A stretch of DNA of 63,959 bases, counting the filler, from Theionarchaea archaeon (GTDB taxonomy: Archaea; Methanobacteriota_B; Thermococci; Methanofastidiosales; SZ-28-30): the NCBI GenBank assembly GCA_018992565.1. It is 6 parts of 6 records of this genome, joined end to end, with 100 filler letters (N's around TTAATTAATTAA, not from the genome) between each part and the next. Parts side by side here need not be neighbours in the genome. Positions count along the whole stretch, not along the records: positions 51,562 to 58,616 come from JACVGW010000114.1; positions 58,717 to 63,959 come from JACVGW010000126.1; 4 more parts are not named here. One strand, written 5' to 3'. This document shows, piece after piece, positions 53,553 through 63,466 of this stretch. How positions within the stretch are numbered: position 1 is the first letter of the stretch; every line of letters starts with the position of its first letter. The notes under the pieces are model-generated. The model made no database searches and was not told the DNA's origin. It worked only from the letters and a program-made list of their open reading frames with translations. A program made the position numbers and the translations under genes.

Positions 53553-54887
53553 TTATGTGCCGAAGAGTCCAGGATCTATTTCTTTCAATTCACTAGCCAG
53601 GAAATCAGCACCGGAACCACGAATAATACCCTCATTCACCCACTTTGCCAGAGTCGTTCTGGCCAGCATCCCTCTTACAGTATGTAAAGTTGCAGCTTTC
53701 AGTAATCGCTCTATGACCAGAGGGTGTTGCCTGAAGTGATTTGTATAGACTGCTGCTGCCTCTTCTGCCCAGGGTTCAGGTTCACCTCTCCCTTTCTCCA
53801 ATGGGGTCCCCGGAAGCGGCTGAAACGGTACGAATTGAGCAGCATCCACTCCCACCTTCACTGCCAGTTCCACACATCTTTCTCGAGCCTCTTCCGGTTC
53901 CCCAGGTAGCCCTGTTATAAAAGATGCCATGGTGAAGATGCCTGCTTTCCTCAAAGCATCACATGTACGCCGATGATCTTCAAATGAGATGGGTTTCCCA
54001 ATATAGTGAGCCAGATCAGGTTCTAGTGTTTCAATACCGATGCCTGCCCTGAGAAAATGTGCACGAGCCAGTGAAGGAATAAGGTCGGGATCTCTCATGA
54101 GATCGTCTGTCCGAGCAGAAAAGTAGAAAAACAAGGGCAAAGGCCCTTTTTCAAGGAGTTCACAGATCTTAATAGCACGAACCGGGTCTACCGTGAAATT
54201 ATCATCCACAATATGAATGATGGTAGCTCCTCGTGTAACGAGCTTCTGGATATCAGTGACCACCACTCCAGGAGAACGTGCCCTCCATATACCATTATAA
54301 AACCGACTGGCCTCACAGAACAGACACTGGTACGGGCACCCCCTGCTGGTCTCCACCAGAGCAATCCCTTCAGGAGGAGGTCCCTGTAAGTCCCTTGCAG
54401 GTTCCAAGAGACTATCCAGCGGCTGGATCAGGGGACGTGAAGGTGTTTTCACCACTGAACCTTCTCTAAGGAACGCCAGCCCTTTGACAGAGTCAGATAT
54501 CCCTTCTCTCAAAATCTCTGCAAAAGTCTCTTCTCCTTCTCCACATACTACAGCATCTGCTCCAGCCTCCAACAGCGGACGTGGCAGCATGGTAGCTCCG
54601 TGGCCACCTGCCACAATGGCACAGGTACCCCCGGCTTCTCTCAAAGCTTTCACAAAGACTGCAGTAGGCTCCACAGAGGTCACCCCCATGGTGGTAACCC
54701 CAATGACATCCGGACATGTCTTTAGAACTGCTGATACAGCCTTTTCAACGTGGTAGTCTGTCATGTCCAGAATCGCTATCTCTGCACTATCCCTGACTCC
54801 TGCAGCCAGAACAGCCAGACTGAATGTGCCAAAATTAAGCCGTGATTCTTCGGGAGGCTTCACCAGTGTAGCCTTCAGGCCCATCAC
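53553..54887 (-). CDS. B12-binding radical SAM protein (class B methyltransferase-like)
   Basis: VAGGHGAT, GEGEETF, ETSRGCPYQCLFC, DDNF, GIET. Confidence 0.88.
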   Translation of the reverse strand: MMGLKATLVKPPEESRLNFGTFSLAVLAAGVRDSAEIAILDMTDYHVEKAVSAVLKTCPDVIGVTTMGVTSVEPTAVFVKALREAGGTCAIVAGGHGATMLPRPLLEAGADAVVCGEGEETFAEILREGISDSVKGLAFLREGSVVKTPSRPLIQPLDSLLEPARDLQGPPPEGIALVETSRGCPYQCLFCEASRFYNGIWRARSPGVVVTDIQKLVTRGATIIHIVDDNFTVDPVRAIKICELLEKGPLPLFFYFSARTDDLMRDPDLIPSLARAHFLRAGIGIETLEPDLAHYIGKPISFEDHRRTCDALRKAGIFTMASFITGLPGEPEEARERCVELAVKVGVDAAQFVPFQPLPGTPLEKGRGEPEPWAEEAAAVYTNHFRQHPLVIERLLKAATLHTVRGMLARTTLAKWVNEGIIRGSGADFLASELKEIDPGLFGT

Positions 54888-56086
54888 AGGTCACCCAGAT
54901 GAATTCCAGCCAGCTCTACCAATCTTTCGGGTGCCTCGTCCCGCAACGTCTGGGCCAGCCATACTGCAGCTTCACAATCTGCTCTGACCAAGCCACAGTA
55001 ATCAGGAGACGGTTCACCATTCCTGTAGAACAGCAGTTGAGAACACGCAAAGCATGGACCTCCACACAGGGGCGCGGCCCAGCACTTCCCGCATGTCTCT
55101 CGAGCATCATAAGGCCTGCCAGCAGTTAGAGCAAATTCACGAGTTCTTTCTCGGCCAATCCCATGAGTGAGGTCTCCGAGTCTGTACTGGTCAAGACCTA
55201 CAAACCTGAAACAGGGATAAAATTCTCCATGAGGACCCACAGCCAGAAAATTCCGCCCTGCTCCACAGGGAACTCTGCTGATTCCAAATCCCAGTACTCG
55301 TTGCAGCTTTTTCATGAACCTGATGAGCCGGGGCATGGATTCACCTTCTGCAATTCTTTTCACGTACTCAGCAACGAATCTTTTATAGTTTAAAATATCC
55401 TCCTCATCCAGGGACAGGTTCGAGGGATACTCCACTGCTACGGGGACCAGTTCAATATTCTGCACTCCTAGGGCACTGATTGCATAGAAAACTTCTGCAG
55501 GATCAGTCTCATGGCAGAGCACTGATGTGGTACTGAAAGAGGGTATATCACACAGGGCTCGCACATAATTCTCAATTCTCTCATAGGTTCCCCTCCCCTG
55601 GCGGTCTTTCCTGTTGTGGTTGTGGATGCGGCTGTTCCCGTCCAGGCTGATCTTTATCACCCAGTTATCTTCTCTCAGCCAGTTCACAACCTCCCCTGTA
55701 AAGGCGGTTCCATTGGTGGTCAGATGAAGGGATATCCTGGTCGATTCAGTGCTGGCTTCGTACTCTCTGGCCCTCCGGCCTATAGTCCTCACTGCAGAAG
55801 GGTTCAATAATGGCTCTCCACTCCCCACATGAATGGACAAGACTCCGGAAGACCAGGAGAAGAAAGAATCGAGTGCTTTCTCCAAGATAGTATTAGAAAT
55901 GACTGCTCTCTGGGGCATCGTACTGCTTTCGGCACAGTAGATACAGTTCATATTACAGGTTCCCGATACATCAAGGGCAAGGGAAGTCACAGGAAAGTCT
56001 CTCTCAATAAAAGAGGGTGGTTCCACTACTGCAGGATCAAATACCACATCAGAACCCAGGAATTCGAATCTATGTTGTTCAGTCAT
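54884..56086 (-). CDS. Radical SAM/SPASM peptide maturase
   Basis: CNMNCIYC, GSGEPLL, CGAG...YPCFRF...CGKCWAAPLCGGPC...C. Confidence 0.88.
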   Translation of the reverse strand: MTEQHRFEFLGSDVVFDPAVVEPPSFIERDFPVTSLALDVSGTCNMNCIYCAESSTMPQRAVISNTILEKALDSFFSWSSGVLSIHVGSGEPLLNPSAVRTIGRRAREYEASTESTRISLHLTTNGTAFTGEVVNWLREDNWVIKISLDGNSRIHNHNRKDRQGRGTYERIENYVRALCDIPSFSTTSVLCHETDPAEVFYAISALGVQNIELVPVAVEYPSNLSLDEEDILNYKRFVAEYVKRIAEGESMPRLIRFMKKLQRVLGFGISRVPCGAGRNFLAVGPHGEFYPCFRFVGLDQYRLGDLTHGIGRERTREFALTAGRPYDARETCGKCWAAPLCGGPCFACSQLLFYRNGEPSPDYCGLVRADCEAAVWLAQTLRDEAPERLVELAGIHLGDL

Positions 56087-56115
56087 GGGGATCCCTTCTC
56101 ATTTTCGTCTCTTAT

Positions 56116-57498
56116 TCACGTTGAGGACTGTTCTCTATCTTTAATTCCTGCCAAATACAGTAGATCTGCTGGGTTATCATAAAACTCTGCGAATATTCTC
56201 AAAGCAAGGTCACAATTGGCACGAGTCAACTCACATTCATCCTCACCACACACGTGGAGCATGGCGGGACACCCTCCTCCGCACAGAGGTAAAGCCCAGC
56301 ATTCCTCACATTCTGCGCGGGGTCCATGTGCTTCTGCCCACTTCCTTCCCTGTTCCACCCAGGTTTGGGGAGGATCATCAATGTTTCCCAGTTCTGTGCC
56401 AGGCGCACCTGCCAGTAGAACACAGGGGAGAACAGTTCCATCTGCTGAAACACCGAAGCTCCATTGAGCAGCTCCACAAAAGGAGACTCGCTGTGTCTTT
56501 TTCAGGAGCTGGAGTACTCTCTGGTTGAATCGATCATCTTGTGGTGGAACTCCTCTCTTCAACCCCTCAATAACAGAATCTGCCACTTCGCCAAGATGGG
56601 CAATATACTGCTCTTTCTCTTTCTCGTTGAGCATCAACGGGTGGTCTTCAGGAAGCCTCACTGCCTGTGCCTTGATCAGGTCCACATCAATTGACCTCAG
56701 GTATGTCTCAGCCTCCTGCAGCGTCCATCCCCGTCTTACCACAGCAGAGCCTCTTACCAGGAGCTTTGGAGGTTGGCGCAGCCTTTCCAGAAATTGCATG
56801 ACCATCCCATGGGTGGGCCCGCCCTGTTTAGTCTTTCGCATGGTATTATGGGCTTCTGCAGGACCATCAATGCTTAAGACGATGCTGAATTTTCCCTCCC
56901 TCAAAACAGTGAATACCTCCTCGTTGACAACAGTCCCATTGGTAGTTATAGCAAAAGTGAACATTCCATCATATTCCTGGGCAGCTTCAACAGCAGCTCT
57001 CATTGCCTTCACATTCAGCAGAGGTTCGCCGCCGTAGAAGTGGATGCAGAATTCTCTCACCCAGGGGAGAGCTTCAGGCAGCACATGAATCAATCGCCGG
57101 GCATGGTCAGGTGATAAATAGAGCACCCTGTCTTCATCATAGCCGAATTGCCCTTCGTCCACAAAGCAGTACTCACACGCCAGATTACAGGTCTGGCTGG
57201 CATTAACCAGGATTTCCACAGTGTCAGATGCTGGATTTACCTCCGCAGTAGAATCCGAACTGAAACAAGAAGAAGAAAAGAGCCCCTTTCTGTACAAGGA
57301 ATCTTTTACCCGTTCCACATGGGTGGATTCCCATCCCAGAGAGGAGCCCGCACGAAACACGTCCATTTTCTGGCACGTTTCCAGGTATATTGCTTCCTCT
57401 GGATCTACAGGTACCACGTCAACAGTTGATGAGCGGAAAGCGTACCAGGAGCCTTTGTGCTCAAAGACATGTAGGGGTCCTGTACCTGTAGAATGCAT
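56116..57498 (-). CDS. Radical SAM/SPASM peptide maturase with N-terminal extension
   Basis: CNLACEYC, FYGGEPLL, CGAA...LPC...CEECWALPLCGGGC. Confidence 0.88.
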   Translation of the reverse strand: MHSTGTGPLHVFEHKGSWYAFRSSTVDVVPVDPEEAIYLETCQKMDVFRAGSSLGWESTHVERVKDSLYRKGLFSSSCFSSDSTAEVNPASDTVEILVNASQTCNLACEYCFVDEGQFGYDEDRVLYLSPDHARRLIHVLPEALPWVREFCIHFYGGEPLLNVKAMRAAVEAAQEYDGMFTFAITTNGTVVNEEVFTVLREGKFSIVLSIDGPAEAHNTMRKTKQGGPTHGMVMQFLERLRQPPKLLVRGSAVVRRGWTLQEAETYLRSIDVDLIKAQAVRLPEDHPLMLNEKEKEQYIAHLGEVADSVIEGLKRGVPPQDDRFNQRVLQLLKKTQRVSFCGAAQWSFGVSADGTVLPCVLLAGAPGTELGNIDDPPQTWVEQGRKWAEAHGPRAECEECWALPLCGGGCPAMLHVCGEDECELTRANCDLALRIFAEFYDNPADLLYLAGIKDREQSST

Positions 57499-57516
57499 AG
57501 TATACTGCACCTGGAA

Positions 57517-57711
57517 TCAGCAAATGCCGCAGGGGCCGGGACCATACGCACATAGCAGCTCATCAGGGGCCTTAGCCACCTGAGTGTTAATGCCCTTGAC
57601 TGCAGCCAGAACGTAGGTTCTCATGTTCTCATCCACGTCAGCATTGCCTTCTTCCAGAGATCTGCGGAAGGCTGGATCAGTTAGAGCCTTCAGGATCAAC
57701 TCTCTTTCCAT
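57517..57711 (-). CDS. NHLP-like RiPP precursor with Cys/Gly/Pro-rich C-terminal core
   Basis: ELILKALTDPAFRRSL leader; ends LLCAYGPGPCGIC; GAGGTGA RBS; TTATATAA box at 57817-57824. Confidence 0.82.
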   Translation of the reverse strand: MERELILKALTDPAFRRSLEEGNADVDENMRTYVLAAVKGINTQVAKAPDELLCAYGPGPCGIC

Positions 57712-57946
57712 CTTATCACCTCTTCGTTCAAGTTCCTCTGTGTGTTAGAACCTGAATCAGGGTTCACTCAGCAGTTCTACCTGCAGGAATCCTGTTCCTT
57801 TCTCTTCGGTTGCCACTTATATAAGCCTTTTCCTTTTTCCTGCAGTGAATTCTTGATTTTTATAGATACCCACTAGAAATGAGAGTTATCTCATATTATT
57901 GCAGTAAAAGTTGTCCGATTCTCTCTATCGGATACAGGAAAAGCAA

Positions 57947-58616
57947 TCAGTGTGTGACAAGCTGTAACGTCTCAAGAATGAAGAGTGCGTCCTCAAGAAA
58001 CGAGTTGGGACATCCTTGATCTTCCAGGTAGGAGAGAAGATATTCCCTGCCCACTCGCAATTGACATGCTTCCAGAATAGCAGCTTTCACCCGGTCCAGT
58101 GACAGACTCTTTTCACCTGTGAAGACATAGGGTGTTTGACCGTACGAGAAGAGTGTTACCTGGGTTACTCCTGGAAGAGCGTCACCTGTCTTCAGTTCTC
58201 CCGTGTAGAACAGGGGGGGTGCTTTCTCATCCAGTCGAACCTGCATCTCCAGGTTACTCTTTCCTCCGTAGGTATATACCCACTCCAGGAGAGGAATAAC
58301 TCTGGAAAGGTAAGGATATTCCCGTTTTAGAGTACAGAATTCTTCATCAGTATATCCCCGTGGAGATATACAATGAGAACACTCCCTTCTGACCGCGCAC
58401 ATGTCACAGCCTCTCTCCTCTTCTCGTCTCCTGATGAGGGAAGAAACAGCATTGCGCAGAATTGTTATATCCTCCCCCACCCTTCCAATACACACTCCAT
58501 GGAAGCACGATTTCACCGCAGTCCCTTCAATTACCAGAAATCCTCTTTCCATGGATGGACATAATGTATTTCCCCAGGTACATGCATCTACAATCAGTTT
58601 TGGCAGCTCATCTCCG
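57947..58616 (-). CDS. C-terminal fragment of a probable radical SAM protein (SPASM-like Cys cluster plus helical tail)
   Basis: Frame open to contig edge: IVDACTWGNTLCP...SCFHG...CDMCAVRRECSHC...FC. Confidence 0.65.
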
Positions 58617-58716
58617 NNNNNNNNNNNNNNNNNNNNNNNNNNNNNNNNNNNNNNNNNNNNTTAATTAATTAANNNNNNNNNNNNNNNNNNNNNNNNNNNN
58701 NNNNNNNNNNNNNNNN

Positions 58717-59148
58717 CTGGCTGCTGTCATTATATCAAGCTGCATAGGACAGGAAGAGTTTACAGTCACTGATATCACATTCTGTAATGCTGAACCATTT
58801 GAACGCTCTTACAACATTAATCCGGATGCTTTCTACACAGCCCGTGACATTGTATGGATATATGTGGAGGCTTTTCGGTTTACATCCTTGGAAAGAGGAG
58901 AAGGATATATATCCTGCTTTGATGCCACAGTGGAAGTCTTCGACGCACAGGGCGTCTCGCAGGGAGATGTGATTCAGTCTATTGAAATACCATCAGATAC
59001 AGAGCCTTCCTTCGTGTGGTTTAAGTTCTGGATTGATACAATAGACCTTAATGAAGGGATATACACAGTAGTTGTGACCATTACAGATGCAATATCCGGA
59101 GAGAGGGCGGCAACAGAGGGCACTTTTTCGGTAGTGGGTACGTCCTGA
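58717..59148 (+). CDS. Lipoprotein, 5'-truncated
   Basis: LAAVIISS-CIG lipobox-like sequence in frame upstream of track ORF 58864. Confidence 0.65.
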   Translation: MAAVIISSCIGQEEFTVTDITFCNAEPFERSYNINPDAFYTARDIVWIYVEAFRFTSLERGEGYISCFDATVEVFDAQGVSQGDVIQSIEIPSDTEPSFVWFKFWIDTIDLNEGIYTVVVTITDAISGERAATEGTFSVVGTS

Positions 59149-59152
59149 GTAG

Positions 59153-60532
59153 TCATCTCCCTATGACATGGACATCCTCTATTCGCAGTGATGGAAGGAC
59201 TGTATTCTCATACTGCTTGCTGTCGTTTCCCACGTCAGAAATCCTGGTTAGCCAATCAAATGCGACTCCGGAGATCATGCCCTTCACGGGATGCTGTATT
59301 TCTCCATTCCTGATGGCGAATGCTTGAGATAGTTGTGCACTGATCACGCCAGATCCAGCTTGAGGAAATCCAGCCATGGATTCCACCAAGACCCCTTGTG
59401 AGACCTCGGAGACAAGCTCATCCCGCGATTTCGTTCCTGGATGAACCACCAGGTTTGAACAGTAAATCTCAGGCCCTGTACGGTATCCATATCCAATAGT
59501 ATTTCGAACAGTATCAAATCCCTTAGAATATCGAGATGCATTGCCTGTATTTTCCATAGCGAGGGCATGCGCAGACCAGGCATTGTGCAGGTATGATGTT
59601 AGTATCCCTTCGTTCACTACTGGAGCCTCCCCAGACGGATACCCTTCATCATCGAACTTGCGTGAAGAAAATCCATTTCTCAACACTCCATTATCGCTGA
59701 TGCTCAGGAATGGACTTGCTACAGAAGAACCCAGCTTACCTGTCCAGAAAGAACGCCCTGTCATTACTGAGTCTCCCCGCAATGCATCAACAAGGACTTC
59801 TGCCAGCTGGTAGTCCCCTGCCTCCGGAGCCAGAATCACTGTGGTAGTTCCTGTTTCAACTGGTTGAGGATGAAACATCTGTATAACCTTCTCTCCCACT
59901 GACTCTCCCAATGATTCAGGGGAAATGGCTGCCGTGCGGCTACATTCATAATCAGAGCAGATTCCAGTGACTTCATCACCTGATTCACCTACTCCTCCCA
60001 GATATATGGTTGCCCTGGTTCCTTGTTCCTCACCATCAATTCCCAGAGAAGACACCACCCCTCGCCAGCCGCTCGTGAACATGATGACACCACTCTTGAC
60101 ACGCACCCTTGGATCTATCCCTTCTGCTGCAGCCAAGGCCCTGTGGGCGATATCTACTGTCTCCTCTCCGGTAATCTGCTCAATTCTTTTATCATACACA
60201 TCCTGGACAACTGGATAGCTACCTGGTTCAGGCAAGACAAGCCCGGGCAGTACAGAACTCACCCTAGACATGCCAGCTGCCATGTCCCCAGCTTTCATAA
60301 TAGCCTCTTCTGTCATGACATTTGTGCAGGCATATCCTGCTCTGCCGTCCTCCACAACCCGTATTCCCACTCCAGAGTCTTTCTGGCTGGTTTGAGTGAG
60401 TAGTATGGAATTCCTGATAGACACTTCAATAGTCTTTTCATACGTAAAGAAAGCTTCAGCTGCCACGCCTTTTTTCTCCAGGTATCGAACAGTCCTTGAA
60501 CACAATTCACGCAATACATTCCATTCTTCCAT
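59153..60532 (-). CDS. pmbA: TldE/PmbA family protein
   Basis: GVGIRV, FDDEG, TGNA; no HExxxH; paired with TldD. Confidence 0.88.
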   Translation of the reverse strand: MEEWNVLRELCSRTVRYLEKKGVAAEAFFTYEKTIEVSIRNSILLTQTSQKDSGVGIRVVEDGRAGYACTNVMTEEAIMKAGDMAAGMSRVSSVLPGLVLPEPGSYPVVQDVYDKRIEQITGEETVDIAHRALAAAEGIDPRVRVKSGVIMFTSGWRGVVSSLGIDGEEQGTRATIYLGGVGESGDEVTGICSDYECSRTAAISPESLGESVGEKVIQMFHPQPVETGTTTVILAPEAGDYQLAEVLVDALRGDSVMTGRSFWTGKLGSSVASPFLSISDNGVLRNGFSSRKFDDEGYPSGEAPVVNEGILTSYLHNAWSAHALAMENTGNASRYSKGFDTVRNTIGYGYRTGPEIYCSNLVVHPGTKSRDELVSEVSQGVLVESMAGFPQAGSGVISAQLSQAFAIRNGEIQHPVKGMISGVAFDWLTRISDVGNDSKQYENTVLPSLRIEDVHVIGR

Positions 60533-60535
60533 GGG

Positions 60536-61924
60536 TTAACCTCCACTTCCTCCTACCATAATGTGACACCTGATAGCGGGGACCATACGTCCCTGAACAG
60601 CAAATTGATACTTCCCACATGCACCAGGGCGCAGTACAGGCGTATCGCTCACTGCGTCAATGGTCCTGAATACCTCAATGGCGTTTCCAGCTACATTTGC
60701 TCCTCGGAACTCCTCCGTGAGCTCTCCTTTTCTAATTGCCTGAGCACTCTGAAATCCAAAGGTGAAATCAGCATTAGAATCTGCCTGCCCTCCAAACGTG
60801 CCTTCCAGAAATAATCCGTCGTCAACGGTTTCAATCATTTCTTCAACAGCATACTCCCCAGGTTCAATGCCAATGTTAGTCTGCCTGATGAGGGGCTCGA
60901 CGCTGTAATCCCAGGCATGTGCATTTCCTGTGGGCTGGACTCCTGCAGCTGAAGCACTTTCCCGGTCATGCATGAATGATTTCAGGACTCCCTTTTCTAT
61001 CAAGGTAGTGCGGGTGCAGGGCGTCCCTTCATCATCATAGAAGGAAAATCCCAGCCCTCCTGGTATATGTCCATCATCGTAGATAGTCACTAATTCAGAA
61101 CACACAGGTCTATCGAGTTGAGTCCCAAATCCTCCTCCTGCCATGGCCAGGTCTGCCTCCAGGGGATGGCCAATCGCCTCATGGAGGAGAGTGGCGCACA
61201 ACGTAGGATCAATAATCACACGGGCCATGCCCGAAGGCGGGGTTCTGGCATCCAGCAGATGCACAGCCTTTCTTGCCACCGCTTCGCCCAGTTCTTCAGG
61301 CGAGGTCCTGTCGAAGATTTCCCACCCCCCAGCATGTCCCACATTATCAGAGGCGGGACATACAACACCATTGCGCCTGGCCACCACATTCACAAACAAC
61401 ATGACTTTGGTGATATGCTGAGAAATGCGCGACCCTTCTGAACTGGCAAAATACCTGTGATCTTCCATACTAATGTAGGTTACTCTACAGTCCTTGATCT
61501 CTGGTCCTGCACTCAGTGCACTCCTGCAGGCCCTCAAAGGGATATCAACTATCTCTTCGGCAGAATCGCAAGGAGAAACCTTCACTGGAGCATAAAGCGT
61601 GTCAACAACCGCATTCTGCGGCTGAATGTCAGCACTTCCCTGGGAAACCTGTGAAATAGCTCTGCTCAGGTCTGCAGCTTCCCTGGCTACACGTTCCACC
61701 TGACGTGCCTCACAGGTATTGGACGAACTGAATCCCCAGCATCCATTCTCCACGCGGCTTCTAGCCCCTACACCCTGAGCAGTAAGTGTGGAAAACTGCT
61801 GAACCACATTATTCTTGACAGCACATGCAATCACCTTCCGCTTCTGGCCACGGATTTGTAGCAAATGCTCAGGACGAGAACAGGTATCGATGCAACGTTC
61901 CAAAATGTCCAACATGCATGTCAA
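60536..61924 (-). CDS. tldD: TldD family metalloprotease
   Basis: LLHEAIGHPLEAD, YDDEG, TGNA, RQTN, CGK. Confidence 0.92.
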   Translation of the reverse strand: MTCMLDILERCIDTCSRPEHLLQIRGQKRKVIACAVKNNVVQQFSTLTAQGVGARSRVENGCWGFSSSNTCEARQVERVAREAADLSRAISQVSQGSADIQPQNAVVDTLYAPVKVSPCDSAEEIVDIPLRACRSALSAGPEIKDCRVTYISMEDHRYFASSEGSRISQHITKVMLFVNVVARRNGVVCPASDNVGHAGGWEIFDRTSPEELGEAVARKAVHLLDARTPPSGMARVIIDPTLCATLLHEAIGHPLEADLAMAGGGFGTQLDRPVCSELVTIYDDGHIPGGLGFSFYDDEGTPCTRTTLIEKGVLKSFMHDRESASAAGVQPTGNAHAWDYSVEPLIRQTNIGIEPGEYAVEEMIETVDDGLFLEGTFGGQADSNADFTFGFQSAQAIRKGELTEEFRGANVAGNAIEVFRTIDAVSDTPVLRPGACGKYQFAVQGRMVPAIRCHIMVGGSGG

Positions 61925-62029
61925 CTCCTGATTCTCTCTCCCTTTGAGGGTTTATATAGGTTGAGTTGATGTCTCCTTCTCTAGCGAGGGCGTCACAATA
62001 TTTATATATCTGTCTTCATGATTGTGATA

Positions 62030-62185
62030 ATGAATCCAAAGCGGATGTACCCAATGGGAAATTTGACACCAGGGGGAACAGATCTTGAACCTCAATCACA
62101 ACAAACACTGAACCCTTCCGGGACATGCGAAAACTGGGCGTGGTTGTGTGGTGCTATTTCTCTTGGCGGGGCAGGTGATGTCTGA
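62030..62185 (+). CDS. Possible 51-aa leaderless peptide coupled to UbiA gene
   Basis: ATG about 22 nt after TTTATATA (62001-62008); TGA overlaps UbiA ATG (TGATG). Confidence 0.35.
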   Translation: MNPKRMYPMGNLTPGGTDLEPQSQQTLNPSGTCENWAWLCGAISLGGAGDV

Positions 62186-63156
62186 TGTCTTTTTCAAGCT
62201 ACCACTTTCTCTACCATGGCCAATCTGCGTTGGGGCTTCTTGAAGATTTGCGATTCGACTACGCTGTAGTTTCATCTGCACTAATCCTGGTGGGATTCTT
62301 CTGGAACCATCTACAGGGGTTTTCATGGCAGGTTGTCATTCTCGTAGTTAGCGTGTTTTGCGGTAACGTGTTTATGTTTGTGGTCAACGATTATTTTGAT
62401 GCCCCTCATGATCTCAGAGACCCTACCAAGGGGACCAGAAACGTGTTCTGCTCAGAGCGATACCGGCAGTTTGGAATTGCTGTCCTCTATACTAGCTCTG
62501 GAGTCAGCTTGGCACTGGCAGCCTCTATAACATGGGCTGTCTTTGTACCCATTCTGCTGCTTAACGTACTTGCCCTGCTCTATTCTGCGCCGCCAGTAAG
62601 GCTGAGAGATCGTATGTACTGGGACTGGATCTTCGTTTTCTTCTGGAAAGGTCTGATCATAGCTGCAAGCTACCTCTACTTTCTCGGAGTGAGATTCACT
62701 ACAGAGCCATTTGTGTGGGGCAGCTTGTTCATTCTTCTGTTGATCAGTCTCCACGGGCAGATGGATAATCAGATACGCGATTTCCATGTGGACAAAGTCA
62801 GCAGTGCGTCTCATACTGTCCAGAAACTGGGTCGGAATACATCACATATCCTGAAAGTCATGCTCCTGGTGTTCTTTTTTGGATTTAGCATCCTGTTTTG
62901 CAGTTTTTTCAATCTGTATGTCACAGCAGCCTTAATATGTGCCAATCTCTCTCTGTACTACTTCGCACATCCAGAAAAGTATTCTCACGTCATGGACTTC
63001 GCTCATATCTGGATCATCGTCATGTTCTTGGAGCATTTCATGGGGAATTTCAGCCCTCAGCAGCACGTGCTCTTTTCAGGATGGATCGTTATCATGACAG
63101 GTCTAGCACTTGTTCACGTAAAGCGTACGAATCTGTTCAACAGTGAACTGGGCTGA
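62185..63156 (+). CDS. UbiA-family prenyltransferase
   Basis: NDYFDAPHD, YSAPPVRL, NQIRDFHVDK; multiple TMs. Confidence 0.85.
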   Translation: MSFSSYHFLYHGQSALGLLEDLRFDYAVVSSALILVGFFWNHLQGFSWQVVILVVSVFCGNVFMFVVNDYFDAPHDLRDPTKGTRNVFCSERYRQFGIAVLYTSSGVSLALAASITWAVFVPILLLNVLALLYSAPPVRLRDRMYWDWIFVFFWKGLIIAASYLYFLGVRFTTEPFVWGSLFILLLISLHGQMDNQIRDFHVDKVSSASHTVQKLGRNTSHILKVMLLVFFFGFSILFCSFFNLYVTAALICANLSLYYFAHPEKYSHVMDFAHIWIIVMFLEHFMGNFSPQQHVLFSGWIVIMTGLALVHVKRTNLFNSELG

Positions 63157-63466
63157 ACATCAATATATCAGATATAGACTTCCGGAGGATGATTCATGCT
63201 CCTCTTTTCTTTTTTCCTTTCCCTAAGAAGCACTCTAGTTGCTTCGCGCCCATTTCCAAGAGCTCCCTCTATTCTGCCCCTCTTCTTACCCTATTTCTCA
63301 TGTATCTTTCATCGGTACGTTTGGACTGCCTGGAGGACTACCTGTCTTACCGAAACATATATAAGACAGATGTGCAAAACAGTATCGGCTACTATGAGCC
63401 GTAGTATGATTCTGACATGTGGCTGCTACAGCGAGGTGCAAGAACTCGAAAAAGGAGACGAGGATC

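Noticed and set aside
59153..61924. TldD/TldE as leader protease of the adjacent RiPP island
   Set aside because: Separated by a contig linker; TldD/E pairs are common archaeal genes, so linkage is unsupported
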